This document shows positions 39,262 to 51,644 of a stretch of 64,000 nucleotides of DNA, in pieces. The notes beneath the pieces are model-generated. The model had not been told where the DNA came from. It did no database searches and worked only from the letters and a program-made list of their open reading frames with translations. How positions within the stretch are numbered: position 1 is the stretch's first letter; each line of letters opens with the position of its first letter. The position numbers and the translations under genes were made by a program. The DNA comes from Blasia pusilla (Eukaryota). The stretch is taken from assembly GCA_050084515.1 (NCBI GenBank), contig CM114271.1:38130001-38194000 (forward strand). Reading direction: 5' to 3'.

Positions 39262-42200
39262 GGTCAGTTCAGGTCAGATCACATGATTCGGTGCAGGACC
39301 AGCGATTTGTCAGCAATTTTTGGGAAAGATGGATCTGATCCTACACATTCCTCGCCGAGCTCCTGATGCGCATGAGGCGGTGCGCAACGTCGCGTCCGCG
39401 CTGGGGATCCATAGCTGTGGGACAGGAACTCGTGGTGTAGAAAGCTGATCGTTCTGAACCTGAAGATGCAACGAGGAGACGCAGCTTGTCCAATGTATGC
39501 ACATAATAACTTCAGAGGTCGAAAGCGAACCACCTCAATTCGAAGATCTTCACAGTAAGGGAGACGCAGAAACAGAGAGGTAGTAGTGATTGGAACTACG
39601 AGCCACAATTTGCCAGAAAGCAAGACCTCTGACGCCACTCTGAAGCGTTTCATTTCACGCTTGCCTCCTGTTTTCCTGGAGAGAAAGCTCCATGCCATCG
39701 CCCTTCCTGAGGTGGAAAGAAGCCAACGAGTGGATGCAGTAACGGAACTGGAAAACTCAGGAGGACCCACCAAAGCGTGATTTGCGCCCATGGCATACGC
39801 AGAGGAGTAGGGCTTTGAAATGCAAGGACATCTGGGCAGAAAGTTCCCTTTCGAGTGTTTCTTTCCTGGCAGAAAAAGGTAGTGATGCTCGAGTATGTCC
39901 CTTGTCAAGCTTGTACTTGGTGGGCAGTGGTTGTGGACCACTTGAGCCAGCCCTAGTACATACGGAGGACCAGGTGCTGGTGCTCGAGTGTGTCACTGGA
40001 TTAAAAATTAACAGTTGCCCTTCTCGGTAGGTCTGTACTGTCACAGAATCCGGTGGTAGGTCTACTGGTTGGATTTCGAGGTAGGGTTGACAAGGATTGA
40101 AGCTGGTGGTAGAATATCTCCTGCAGCATATTTTGCAGGAGAGGAGAGGTGGAGTTTTGAGAGAGAGAGAGAGCTATTACCATCTCGTTCGTGATTGAGG
40201 CAGATGGTAGCTGCAATCGGCCAAGCCGTTCAAGGCTTATGAGGAGGCGTCAAGTGCTGTTGAGAGTGAGGGCGGCGTTTCACTCTGGAGTGTGGAGCCG
40301 CTGGTAAGTGATTTCTATGGACCCTTCGGACAATCTTGGCACTTGAATGCTGGCCCAAGCATAATCTGGAAGTGGTTGATGAGTTGGTAGGCAGAGAGAT
40401 ATGAGCCATTTCCGGCATATCCAACTACAGGAGTTGGTGGTGGACCTAGCCATGCACGACAAGTTGAGGACCATCAGCCTTCAAATCTTGTGTTCGAAAA
40501 CCTCTGATGGGCAAATTAGAATCTGGACTCGTTCTTGGTGAAGTAGAGGACAGGTATTACGAGGGCATTAAAGGCATGGGGGAGAGCCTGGAGTTAACAT
40601 GCTGTTCACAGCGAGGGCCACTTTTCTCGGTGCACTGGAGAGCTGTTCTGCCAGTCACGTCTTTCCATCTACGTCCGTATGGGTTGCCATGATTGATCTG
40701 AAATCCAGACGTGCCCATGTGAGCCCTCTTGCGTGCACTCGTCAAGTGACGACACTTCTGAGCCAGACTCATGAGAACGATGCAGGAGTCGCCTCAGAAG
40801 CTACGGGTCATTTCAGAAATGGCCGACTGCCAGTCAGTTACTCTCGTCTCGTACTAGAACGAAAAGCGGTGGTCAAAGGAAAGCTGATCACGGTGATGAT
40901 GAAAGAGCCATAGCAGGACGTTAGTAGGCTTCCAGCAATCCCATGGAATCTTCGTCCCCATTTGCTGTTGTCGATCGTGTTCAGTTTCTTGCCAGGCTTC
41001 ATCAGAGTTCCAGCATCAGTCATCCGTGTGGGGGAGCTATGAGAGTACAGAATCATTGCCAAAGAAACAAACGCAGTGTGGGTGTGTCTAGGCATCGCAG
41101 TCGCCTCGAGGGAAGAGCTAGAACTGGTGGTAGGAAAGGCCTTCACAACAAAAAGTAGTGGAGCCGAGGGGAGGGGAAGTGTACTTGAGATTAAAACCGA
41201 GGTGTTTGTTAATCATACGACCAGAGGAACAAATGTTTAGGCACCTTGGGAAGTGATGGCAATCTACGTACCGGTGACCACTAACATTTCCATGGAGTGT
41301 AAAATCTTGCACTGAAGTTGTAGTCAGCAGTTCTGAAGCCCACTCTTTCGTGAGCGGTGTTCTGTCTGTGAGGTAGACCGTGCAGATATCATCAGGACCT
41401 TGCTTGAATCATAGGGCTTGGAGGTTTGGATTCAAGCACATAGGATCATACTGAGCTGAAAACCGGTACCGGGGAGGACGCCGATCACGAGTAGAGAAGA
41501 CAGAAGCTGGAGGCATATTCCTCAGAATCTGATGAACGGAATTGGATAAAATGCAATAGACACCAACGGCGAGTCAGTCTTCTATTAGTGGATGTATACA
41601 TGAGCCGCTTCTGTTGGGAGCCTCAGTAATTTTGGCCAGTGCCTCTTGGATTTTCGAAGTTGGAGGTATAGTGGAAGAGATACAATTTCCATCTTCTCCC
41701 GAACTACATCCGGAAGGTTTGAATGGGGCGGAATAAGCGGAACCGTCGGAAGCGCATGAGCAGAGTCACTGTCACCAGAACTCTCTCCATCACATTCTTC
41801 GACTAAACTGCCTTCCAACTGCCAACCTTCAGATCACCTCACCCGGGCCTTCACATCCGTGCTATCCTCCTCTTCCCACTGCTTGGTGATGCTGGGTGAC
41901 ACAGGTTGCTAATCTCCAGCTGCTGTTCCACTATACTCCCACTGCTCCAATGTTTGCGCCTCTCATCGCTCCGCTCTGACAAGTGCGACTACTCCAACCC
42001 AAAGATCCAGTCTCGTCATGAATGAACTCCCTCAAGCTTTTTCCACTCGGCACTTCACCGGACAGACATTCTTCTTGCGGCACTACGGCTCTGCCAAATC
42101 AAACCCTTCTCCTTGGAGCCTTCATTCCCGTGTACGACTTGCACCGAAGCTATGCTTCTTCCTCGAGCAACGCGCCGGCGCCATCGCTGCACCATCTGCC

Positions 42201-42450
42201 ATGGCTTTCAAGGTTTCCAGGCCAATCGTGAGCGCCTTCTGTACAGCGGATACGATTCTTCGCGTGGGTCGAGCGGAGAAACTGGGTCGAATCCCCTGAC
42301 ACGGAGAACAGCTTCCATTGAACAAAGCTGTCATTGTCTCTGAAGAACCACATGAAAGAACAGCTTCCATTGAACGAAGTTGTCATTATCGCTCAAGGAC
42401 CACATGAACGATTCCGGATTTCGTGGTGCACTTTGGCCGTGACCGCTTGA
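39262..42450 (-). mobile_element. Decayed LINE (RTE/RTEX-like) ORF2
   Basis: Eroded motifs in order: GFR (~41345), YVD (~41270), PLSPTLF-like PPLGSTTF (~41170), HTDD at the YADD position (~41025), C-terminal LRIEVVRF..LCAY; (TGANC)x4 tail at 39262-39281. Confidence 0.6.
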
Positions 42451-43583
42451 TATTTCATCATTAGCTACTCCCATCTCTCAGACGTGTAAATATCTCAAGA
42501 GTAGCCCTAATAGAGATACTTACACCTGCGGGCCGCAATGGTTACGGGAATCCCGTCTGGTACTTTTGGGTATGCTGTTTTCTCGAATCACCATTTGGTA
42601 TTTTCTCTATTGGAGGATATCAAACTCTTTTTTTTTAAATATTAAAAAAGAGCATGACCAGAGATTAAGTTTTTTCCTTAGGGCATTTCCACCCCATTAT
42701 GCCCAAGTGGAGTGGGCCCGGACCTTAAAGGTGGGAGCTCCAAAATGAGCCTAGGGCTCATTTTGGATTTGTTCATTTATATTTACTACGCTTAAATTTA
42801 TTCTTTGACTCGGCACATAGGAATCCTTTGTAGGGCCTAGAAGAAGTTGGGATAGGAAAATTGAAGAGGTTTTGCCATCTCGAACATGTGAGAAAAAGAG
42901 AGGGAGAGTGATATCCCTAGTATCGACAACATTCTTTGTTGTTCGGGATGCACGTGTTTGTCTCGGGACGTCCCAAAATTTATGAAGTTGCCGAATGGTT
43001 TTTGAAAATTTGCACAAAAACCATTTTGTGAAGAGAAACATCCCTTATTGCACAAAAGTAATAAAGGTTTTCGATACTATATCTATTGCCCAACAAAAGG
43101 ATGTGGTGTCTCTGCATCCTCAAGGGTAGATTGACCCCCTTGGATTTGGGCTCGAAGCGAGCGCTCTATGGAAAGATTGAGAGATAAATGAATTGCTAGT
43201 ATGGACCTATATGGTATTGTTGTTACATCAACAACTAAATCTAAAATCTCTCTTGGCTAATGGAAGGAATATAAAAAAATGGGGTAGCGTGAGTGGTAAT
43301 GTCCTTCTTGGATTTAAGGAGTTCAAATGCAGATTATGTGTAGATGATTAAAACTTGTGTGGGAGAGAGTGAAGGTAATCCCAAGTGAAGCTTCAGCCAT
43401 GTTTCATCACTCAAAAAGGCATCTCCTCTTGAACTAGAGCGTCTCCAATTTGGAACTCTCCTTTCAAGCTCCAAGAACACAAATGGAGAGAGAGGTATGG
43501 GTGTTCACATACCTCATCGCAATGATGTAGAGCAGCTATTCAACTCGCCACCCATTCTTCTTCCATGCTCTAATGCAATGACC

Positions 43584-43886
43584 CAAGGTTGCACACAGAC
43601 AAAGTCCGTGTCCGTCCTAGGGACGGATATGGCCATGCGGACCCAGGTATCTGATCCCGTACCCGTTTTGTGGCCGGCGCGCAACACGAGGCAGACCCTA
43701 CATGGTGGGCTCAAGGCCCACAGTTGAGCCCACCGTGTCCGGACCCTCAAGGCGGATCCAACCAAGAGCCCATCTCGGCTCTTTAGGCCTGGCTCCATAC
43801 AGACCACAAAACGAGTGTGGGCTCAGATGCGGGTCGCGGGAACCCGTGCAGCATGTCCGGACTTGTCCGTTTTCGTGCAATCCTTA
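43584..43886. mobile_element. ~300-bp GC-rich MITE (hAT-like)
   Basis: Imperfect TIRs caaggttgcacacagacaaagtccg ... cggacttgtccgttttcgtgcaatcctta; the same left end recurs at 13324; no TSD seen. Confidence 0.5.
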
Positions 43887-46506
43887 AGGAAACAAAAAAA
43901 ACTCCCAAGAACACAAGGGGATCATGTGAGAAGAGATTACATGAGTGAGCATATGCAAGCGAACATGGCGGAGAGATCAGTAGATAGGGTGAAAGTGCAC
44001 AGTATGGCACTAGCCCATTGCATACCATAGGTCCATGGAGGACGCATAAAAGGTTGCGCAGGGCACCCACCAAGAATGCATAACAAGGTTCTCATGCAAC
44101 CTTGGAGTCCCTATATCGGCAATAAGTTTTTTTGATACATGGTTGTTGATTGAAGATACCCTTAAGGGAGAAGTAAGTAGTCTTTATTATTATCACACTA
44201 TTGATTCGTATTTTGAACATTTTGGTTAGAAGGAAAATTTCGTGATCTTAAATTTTTAGAAAATTTTAATCATATGGATTAAAATTTATTTTTTAATTTA
44301 CATTCCCATGGCATGCATTATTTGGACATCTTTTTGGTTTATTATAATAATATAATATGAGAATTAGTTTGAAATTTTCAATTCAAAACTTCATGTTTTT
44401 GCATTTAATTTTCATGAATGGAATATTGAAAAATATCCAATGTGTTGAATTTTTTAATTTAGATTATGTCTACTTATTTTGATTATTATATTATGATATT
44501 TGATTATGAAGTATATTTTTTTAATCGATAACACGTTTGGTCAAGATGTCATTTCTTAGAGTTTCTCTTCCACTTCCTCGAGGCCACCACCAAACGCATA
44601 AAGAAACAAATAGACATAACCACAATTGCTTTCCTACGATATGAAAAGTGCACTCTTACATTTCCTTCAACAAATAAATGGAAAAAGTATCGGAGAATGT
44701 GAGAGGAAGTTAGAATCCTTGGACCAATCCCTATAATGTTCAATATACCACTTGGTGGCCATATACAATAAACGTATTCATTATGTTTTTGTATAATTTC
44801 TCTACCACACTCTAGATTCTTTGCATGAGCATCACCTTCCACAAGATATAAAACATGTCTTTGAAAAGTGAAAATTGGAAGAAATTAATTTATTACGAAA
44901 ATGAGGGAAATTGAGATGATTCTTGTTTCAAGCATATGATAAGTGGGGGGACTAGAGGAATAAAAAAGAAACCCAAATAACTAAAGTGGGGGTAGTAATT
45001 TGTTACAATAGAGAGGGTAAAGTGGTTTTTTTCCCCTTAATACTAGGAAATAGGATGGATGAAATAGGGGATAATGAAGTGAAATTTTCAAAATATATAT
45101 ATAATCTATCTAACTTACTTCTCGTTTGTAAAAAGATGTATTGAGTTATCATTGATGCTAATATTCTCCTCCATCTACAAGGAGATCCTATCAACATAAC
45201 ATCTTTCAACCATATTCCCTTGTAATTGCCATAGTCTTCATGGTCATCGATCATTCTTGAAGAGATTGACAACAATTCCTACTTGTTAACTACGCTAACC
45301 AAACCAGATGGAAGAGACTTGCCATTAATTGCAACTACCACACTCCAATTGTTTTTGCAATTTATTACCCCCTCCACCTCTAATATGAAAACCACTCATT
45401 GTATGGGTTAGCAAGTGAATGAATGGAATGGAATGATTTCTTGTCTAGAAGGGTCTACTAGGGCCATACGAATTTGATTTGCAAAGTTTGTGGCAATTCG
45501 AACAAGAAAAAGATCATCAAAGAGGTCCGACAACGTTTTCTTATGAAGGTAATCTTCTCGGGTTCTCATAGAAGAGAGAAATTTGATTTATGATCCACTA
45601 CTCAGACAAATAGATCCATGTGTGCTCTAACATCTTCTCACCTTCATATTGGGATTTAATTTGTTACCCAAGACTCATCATCATTCTCTATTTCAAGCTT
45701 GGATCATCTTTATCAATACTTTCTTAGTTGCTACGCTACCATGTGTCAATCAGATAGTTGTTTGCAACCCTAGGCAGACATCCAATAATATAGAGGAAAG
45801 AAATTACTAGCCTAAGATTGAAACAATCCTTCCATGAATATCCAAGTGACCTTCTTTATGCTTGGGAGCTTTTCTTAGAGTTTCAACTTCACAAGTTTTT
45901 CATATATTTTTATCTTTATTTTAACAAATTTTTATTAATTTATCTTGGTATCTAGTGTGTTGCCCTAATAGCACCGTAACAATGGGATTTTTTACTCCAT
46001 GAGTGTTGACCTAATAGTACCCTAACTCTGGGATTTGTCAGACCATGAGGATTTCCCCGTAAAACTCTTTTTTTAAGGATTCATACAACGCTCCCTATTT
46101 TTGGTCTCGCGGTCCATATTACCCTAATATCATTATATTACCTAATTTTCCACAACTCTATGTGGTTTCACTTCTTCCAATTATGCCATTGCCATGTTGT
46201 GAGACCGAATGTTTTTGTGGTCATCGATCATTATACTACGGAAACCAACCCAAATTTGCAAACTCCAATTCCATAAAAGAAATACTACATACAAATAAAA
46301 CTCATTACATTGTACCCATTTAACTACTCACCGTGACTTATTATCCATATATGATCATTATAATCCAAGGTAAAAATTCTCCAACTATTCGCAACTCATT
46401 GTAAAATTGGGGCGTGAAGTTGCCATAATAGCACCATAACCATGAGATAATACATCTAATCTTCATATGTATTTCACTAACAATTCACCTCTTATGATCT
46501 CTTATG

Positions 46507-46712
46507 GAGGGTTCGGGGAGTTTTTTCATGGGACTCAATACGTTGCCGAGAATGTCCAACCGAAAATGGTGATTCCGGTTTCTGATCCGGTTTTCAAATT
46601 CAAGATACAAAAAACCTCTTGAATCCAACCGGTTTTTTTGGCAACTTTAAAATCAATCAAAAACTCTCATATTTAATTGGCTTGCTTGTCAAGCAGGATC
46701 TCCACATCATAT
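46507..46712. mobile_element. Older copy of the 202-bp hAT MITE
   Basis: Colinear with 6411-6612 (agggttcggggagttttttc...ggatctccacatcat); TSD not recognisable. Confidence 0.7.
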
Positions 46713-48344
46713 ACATAATTATTAAAGAGTGCCTTCTTGATATGCAAAGACTTTTATTATTGACATGTCAAAGAAGACAAAAAAAAACATTTTCCATTCT
46801 ATGGACAGCAAGAAAATAGATTTTATGCAAGAAAATAGATTTTATGCAAGACGAGTGGTCCTACACTCCCGTGCCCGGTTGCTCTTATGCACAACTTCCC
46901 ACAGGGAGCCATAAATATTGTTTGAAGGTACATAAATATGAAAAATAGATATGGGAAGCGTCGGTCTTCGATGCAAATCGAGTACCTAAGCCCACCCTAA
47001 ACCCTAAATGGGGATTTTCATGTCAGCCGCTGCCTCCTCAACAAGTTTTCCGTCAGAACTGGACGCACAAGAAGAATGTCGTCCATGGCTACCGTGCAAA
47101 CCGAGTAATCATCTATTGTGATATCACTACTATTCTCTGGATAATAGGGACTGCAGTCTTATGCTGTTTTCACGAAAATCATTAGACGGTGCAATTAGCC
47201 GGTCGAGGTTGCTGTGCAGGTCCTACCAATTATGTGTCTGCAGAAACTACAATTTAACGATCAACTGCAGTAGAGTTTGGCAGGAATATCTGGTCAAAAT
47301 CGACCAGAGAAACGAACTGGTGCAGTACTTCTCGACAGGTAGCTACATGGATGCATCGAATTGAGCTATTCTCTCCTTGACAGAGCGGGAAGCGAGTAGC
47401 CATTGAGAGCGAATGTGGCAGAGCGGAGGGCCATCTCCGAGGTTGCCTCGAGAACACGCAGGAGCCTGGCAAGCAAACCAAAGCGTCGAGGAAACTCGAC
47501 ATCGTGCCTAAACAGATTCAGACGGTGGTCACAACCGCTTTCCTTCCTTTCTTGTGCTCGTTCCTCTGGAAATTCCTTATCCCACAAGGAGAACTGCTAA
47601 ATGTTGCATCCCTGCGGACCTCACAGCCTGCCATTTGCTAGTCGGGCAAGCATCGGACGACGACGACGACGATCTGGACCGGGAGTTCAACTCCCAACCG
47701 AAAGCAGCCGAAGCCCGCGAAAGATGTGGCAAACGCCTGCCCGTCAACCCGGTCCAAGTGAATCTCGAGCGACGTCGTTGAGATCCCCGCATCTCGGTCA
47801 AGCGACTCGAGCACATAAGTAGCCATACTGATGTGCTTCTACGGATGAATGAATGCATGTCAGCGAAGCGAACCCGACCCGACCCGACCGACCATGATGA
47901 GGTCGCGCGTTCTTACCCTCTGCCAACTGCCCCGCAGGTCCCAGAATATTCTCACGCTACGCGTGCAATGACTGCAATTTCGCGGCGGTCTCAGTGCAAT
48001 GCCGATTTTCGTATTCCTCGCCATTGGTGGCAGCAATTTCTCAAACCGGTCAAAGCAGACTCTCCTGCCTGCCGCGTGGTGAGCCCGTGCCAGGAATCCG
48101 TGGGCCATCCATTGCCCTGGCCTCGCCTGCAGCACAGCACCAGCACCTGTGATTCTCCTCCTTCTCTCCTCAGAGCGGAAATTGAAGGGATCCATCGCTC
48201 CCTTCAATTTCCGCTCTTCCATCGAAGAACTGGAGCCTCGAACCTCTTGCACTGCGGAGTCGTTGCAAGGAAAGAAAGATGCACTTCGATAAAAACGAGT
48301 GATGGAAAACCCATCGGAAGTACAAAAGAGGGGGACTCAAAGAG

Positions 48345-51300
48345 TCAAAACCTGAAGGCCACAACACGACCAGAAAAGGAAGAAGGGGGCATTCCCCCTA
48401 ACGATTTAAACTCACCAACAGCAGAGACAATATCAGCAACAACAAGAGAGCTATGACTACTACTAAGTGGGCCTCTAGCGCCGGCGTCTCCCACAGCCTG
48501 AGCCCGCCGCAAAATCCCATTAGCCTGGGCACGCTGCAACGCTATGGAGACCCGCTGCCTACAATATAGAATCGCAGTAGCTAAGGACAACCCATTTCTC
48601 GAGTGGAGATGATGGGGCGCGTCCGTGAACAGTCGAACCTCTCCCCATAGCCCCATACATCTCTATGGCGGGGGATGAAGATGTGTCCCTCGTGTAGTCG
48701 ATCAGTAGATATGTGTCTTCTTCGCCGCCCCGCCGCCGCCGCCCGCTCCTTGTAGCATTCGCCCTTGGGCCACCACTTGGGCTCATGACCGCCTCCCGCG
48801 AGGATCGTGACTACCACGTCCGCCACAACCACCTCGGCCTCACGTGTCATGTAGAGATCGGCACGAATGAGGGAATCCCGCAAGGAGTAGTGCCTCTCTC
48901 TCGCACATGGAAGCCACTCTACCGAGCAATACTGAACATGATATCCCGCACCGCATCGTGAGTGGCTATCCTCTCACCCCAATCGACAGCGTGCCAAATG
49001 CACACCAAGTGGATCAGGCTCGGCGACACTCGCAATGTGTCGAACCAACCACCGATGGTTGGGGAGGCCCAAAGCGGAACCGCATCATTGTGGTATAGGT
49101 AAGTGGTGCGACACGGAAAGCCTGGAGAAGGGGGCGCGCCCCTACCCATGAGCCTGCCCCCTTTCCGGAGCAAGAGCGAATACGGGCCCTAACCTCCATG
49201 GGGATATTCCCGTCAGACATAGTGCCTCTAAAAACTGCCTCAAAGTGGGCTTCCATCAAGGAAGATTGGAGCCAGATCGACCGGAGGTAACTAAGGAGGA
49301 GAAAGTGGGGAGAACCGCTCGGCCTCAACTCGAAGGGAATCTCTACAAGTGTGAGTGAAGACTCGGAAGTGGGAAAGAGCCATCCTCGACACGGGAGACG
49401 TAGTGTAGAAGGAGCGGTCTATCTCTAACCAAAAATCGGGAGCAAAGGAGGGGTGCCACTATGGCCCAACTCCCTAAAAAGCGGAGGGCGCCACTAACTC
49501 GGTCGAGAGAAGACCTACTCCACCAAAAGAAATCGGCCAAGAGGCCTGTCTACGAGCTAACTCCCCATGGGGCACTCTAAGGAGCCGGGTCCTAGAAGAT
49601 CCCCAAACACTGCATGAGCTTCCTATCAAAGGATCTATATAGGGAAGAAAGGTGACTAGATGTCCAGACAGTTCTAGTGAGGTAACCAGGTCTACGAGCA
49701 AAACAAGAAGAGAGAATGCCGAAGGCGACTTGAGGGTCACCAATCCTCGTAAGATCATCAACGTGGAGAAGATCCTCGGTAAGAGCCGCCACTAAAGTCG
49801 ATACAAAGTCCTGGCTCCCGAGCGGTACTCCCAAGACTCGAAGCCCTCCCGACAGTCGCAAGAAGCCGTCGGGTAAATGTAGATCATCACGTAGGCCTAA
49901 TGGAGACCAAGCCTTGCACTTCCCCACCTTCACCGCCAGGACCGACACGTGCCAACTGTGCTTTGAAAAGTGCTCGAATGCGGGGACAACCAGATCTCGG
50001 GACCAACAATATGAGTATCATCGCGTGAAGGGAACATGCAACCCGGGAAAGCCTCCACCGAGAAAGAACCGCTCGGTAATGAGCCACAAAGACAAACAAC
50101 GCGCCACCCGAGGGTCACCCCGACGAGTCCCGTGTAGAGACTCCAAGACCGTGACCTCCTCCTCGAATCGACCATGGTGGAAATAGAGGGCCGAAGGGGC
50201 CCCATAAAAAGCCTGCACAAAGGGAATGAGGCTCGCCATGGGGCCACCCGCGTCCCTCAACTCTGTGAATATAGTAGCCCGAGATCTGAGTTGAAGGCGT
50301 TCTCCACGCCCACTTGGAGAACCACCCACTCTGGATGTACATCTAGACAAGCCCTCAAACCTAAGGCAACCGTCTCACATCCGGCTGGCGTGGCAACTCC
50401 AAACTGGTGCGGACTCAGATGTGACTGGAAAGCCTCACGGAATTGCAAAGCGAGAGTACGACTCACCAACCGCAAGAGCACCTCACCTATGGCAATCGGA
50501 CGGATACCACCACCCCCTTTGACAACGCCAAAAGTCGCCCGCCCCTAATACTTGGGCCCTTTCTGTTGGCACTCTCCTCGAGCTAGGTGAGAGGCAACAC
50601 AAGCAACTTCGGAGAAGCCGCTAGCGGTGTCCTCGAAGGAAAGCAATCACGAAGGTGTTCGTACATCATACCAGACAAACCTCTCCGCCACAATCCTCGG
50701 AGAACGTCCGAGTGCCCGTGCAAAGAGGGACGGGTCAAGGCATATAGCCGTGTCAGGGTGGAAGTCACGTGCAAAAGCTGGAATGTCAACCGATGGACGA
50801 GGATGTAGCCTCCGGAGGGCATCGATGGTAACAGCTGAAGAAGGAGCCATGTCCATCGGGCGAAGAGCACGTGCAGCTCGCGAGTACTCACAGGCTCGCC
50901 CCAGTGTCCTACATCGTCGCAACCTGGCTGCTCCAGGATCGTCTGCCGGGAAACCAGGTGGACTACTACCTCTGGCGAATGCCACAAACTCACTCTGCAG
51001 AGACTCCCAATCACCTCCTCGAAAGCGTCTCAGACGTGCTATAACCTCTCTATGACCGGCCTTCCCTCCCCGAGTGTAACGAAGACACCATCGTGGAAGG
51101 AGAAGTAGTAGGTACCACGAGAGCTCATCCATAGGATCAAGGGCGATCCTAGCGAGGGGAAGGAGGAATGCGTGGCGGAGGTCGTCCCGAATAGCATGGG
51201 GGATCCTATGAAACAACCTCGGGCAGGGAAAACGGGTCTCGAAGAGACCTATAATGCTGCCCTGGTGGGACCTCAACCACTCCCATGCCTCAGGAGGGGG

Positions 51301-51644
51301 CGATGATGCGAGAAGCACCGGAGAGCATCCATGGTCGATGGGGAGGGACCACCCATCCAAATCTATCAAAGTCGGGATGTTTAGCCGCTAAGTGGTTCCG
51401 AATTCTGAACAGTGAAGAATTCGGGACAACATGGGCATTTAGTATCCCGACTAGGCGACCCACGGGTCCCCCACGGGGAGCCAATGCGGGTCGAGGCATG
51501 GATGCAACTCACCAAGAAGAGGATATGGCCCCTCCAATAAAATCGCGACAATCCCCCGTCAATACTTGATCTGTCATCCCCATTCGAACAGCGGTCTGGC
51601 AAACCACTCTCTTCTTCCGTCCACGGTAATGCTCCCTCTAACAT
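48345..51644 (-). mobile_element. CRE-clade non-LTR retrotransposon (C2H2 finger, RT, CCHC, restriction-like endonuclease), frameshifted
   Basis: CPCCPEFF..-fs-IRNHLAAKH; RT segments GGIRPIAIGEVLLRLV, HQFGVATPAGCE, LQVGVENAFNS, GTRRGDP, LRVLGVPLGS, PISFGGVGL; HCEC...HLARC, THDAVRD, RADLYM...ADVVV, RVSIALQRAQA. Confidence 0.88.

Noticed and set aside
47860-48252. WD40-like SVRIFWDLR in a GC-rich ORF
   Set aside because: Single short motif with no other WD repeat features.
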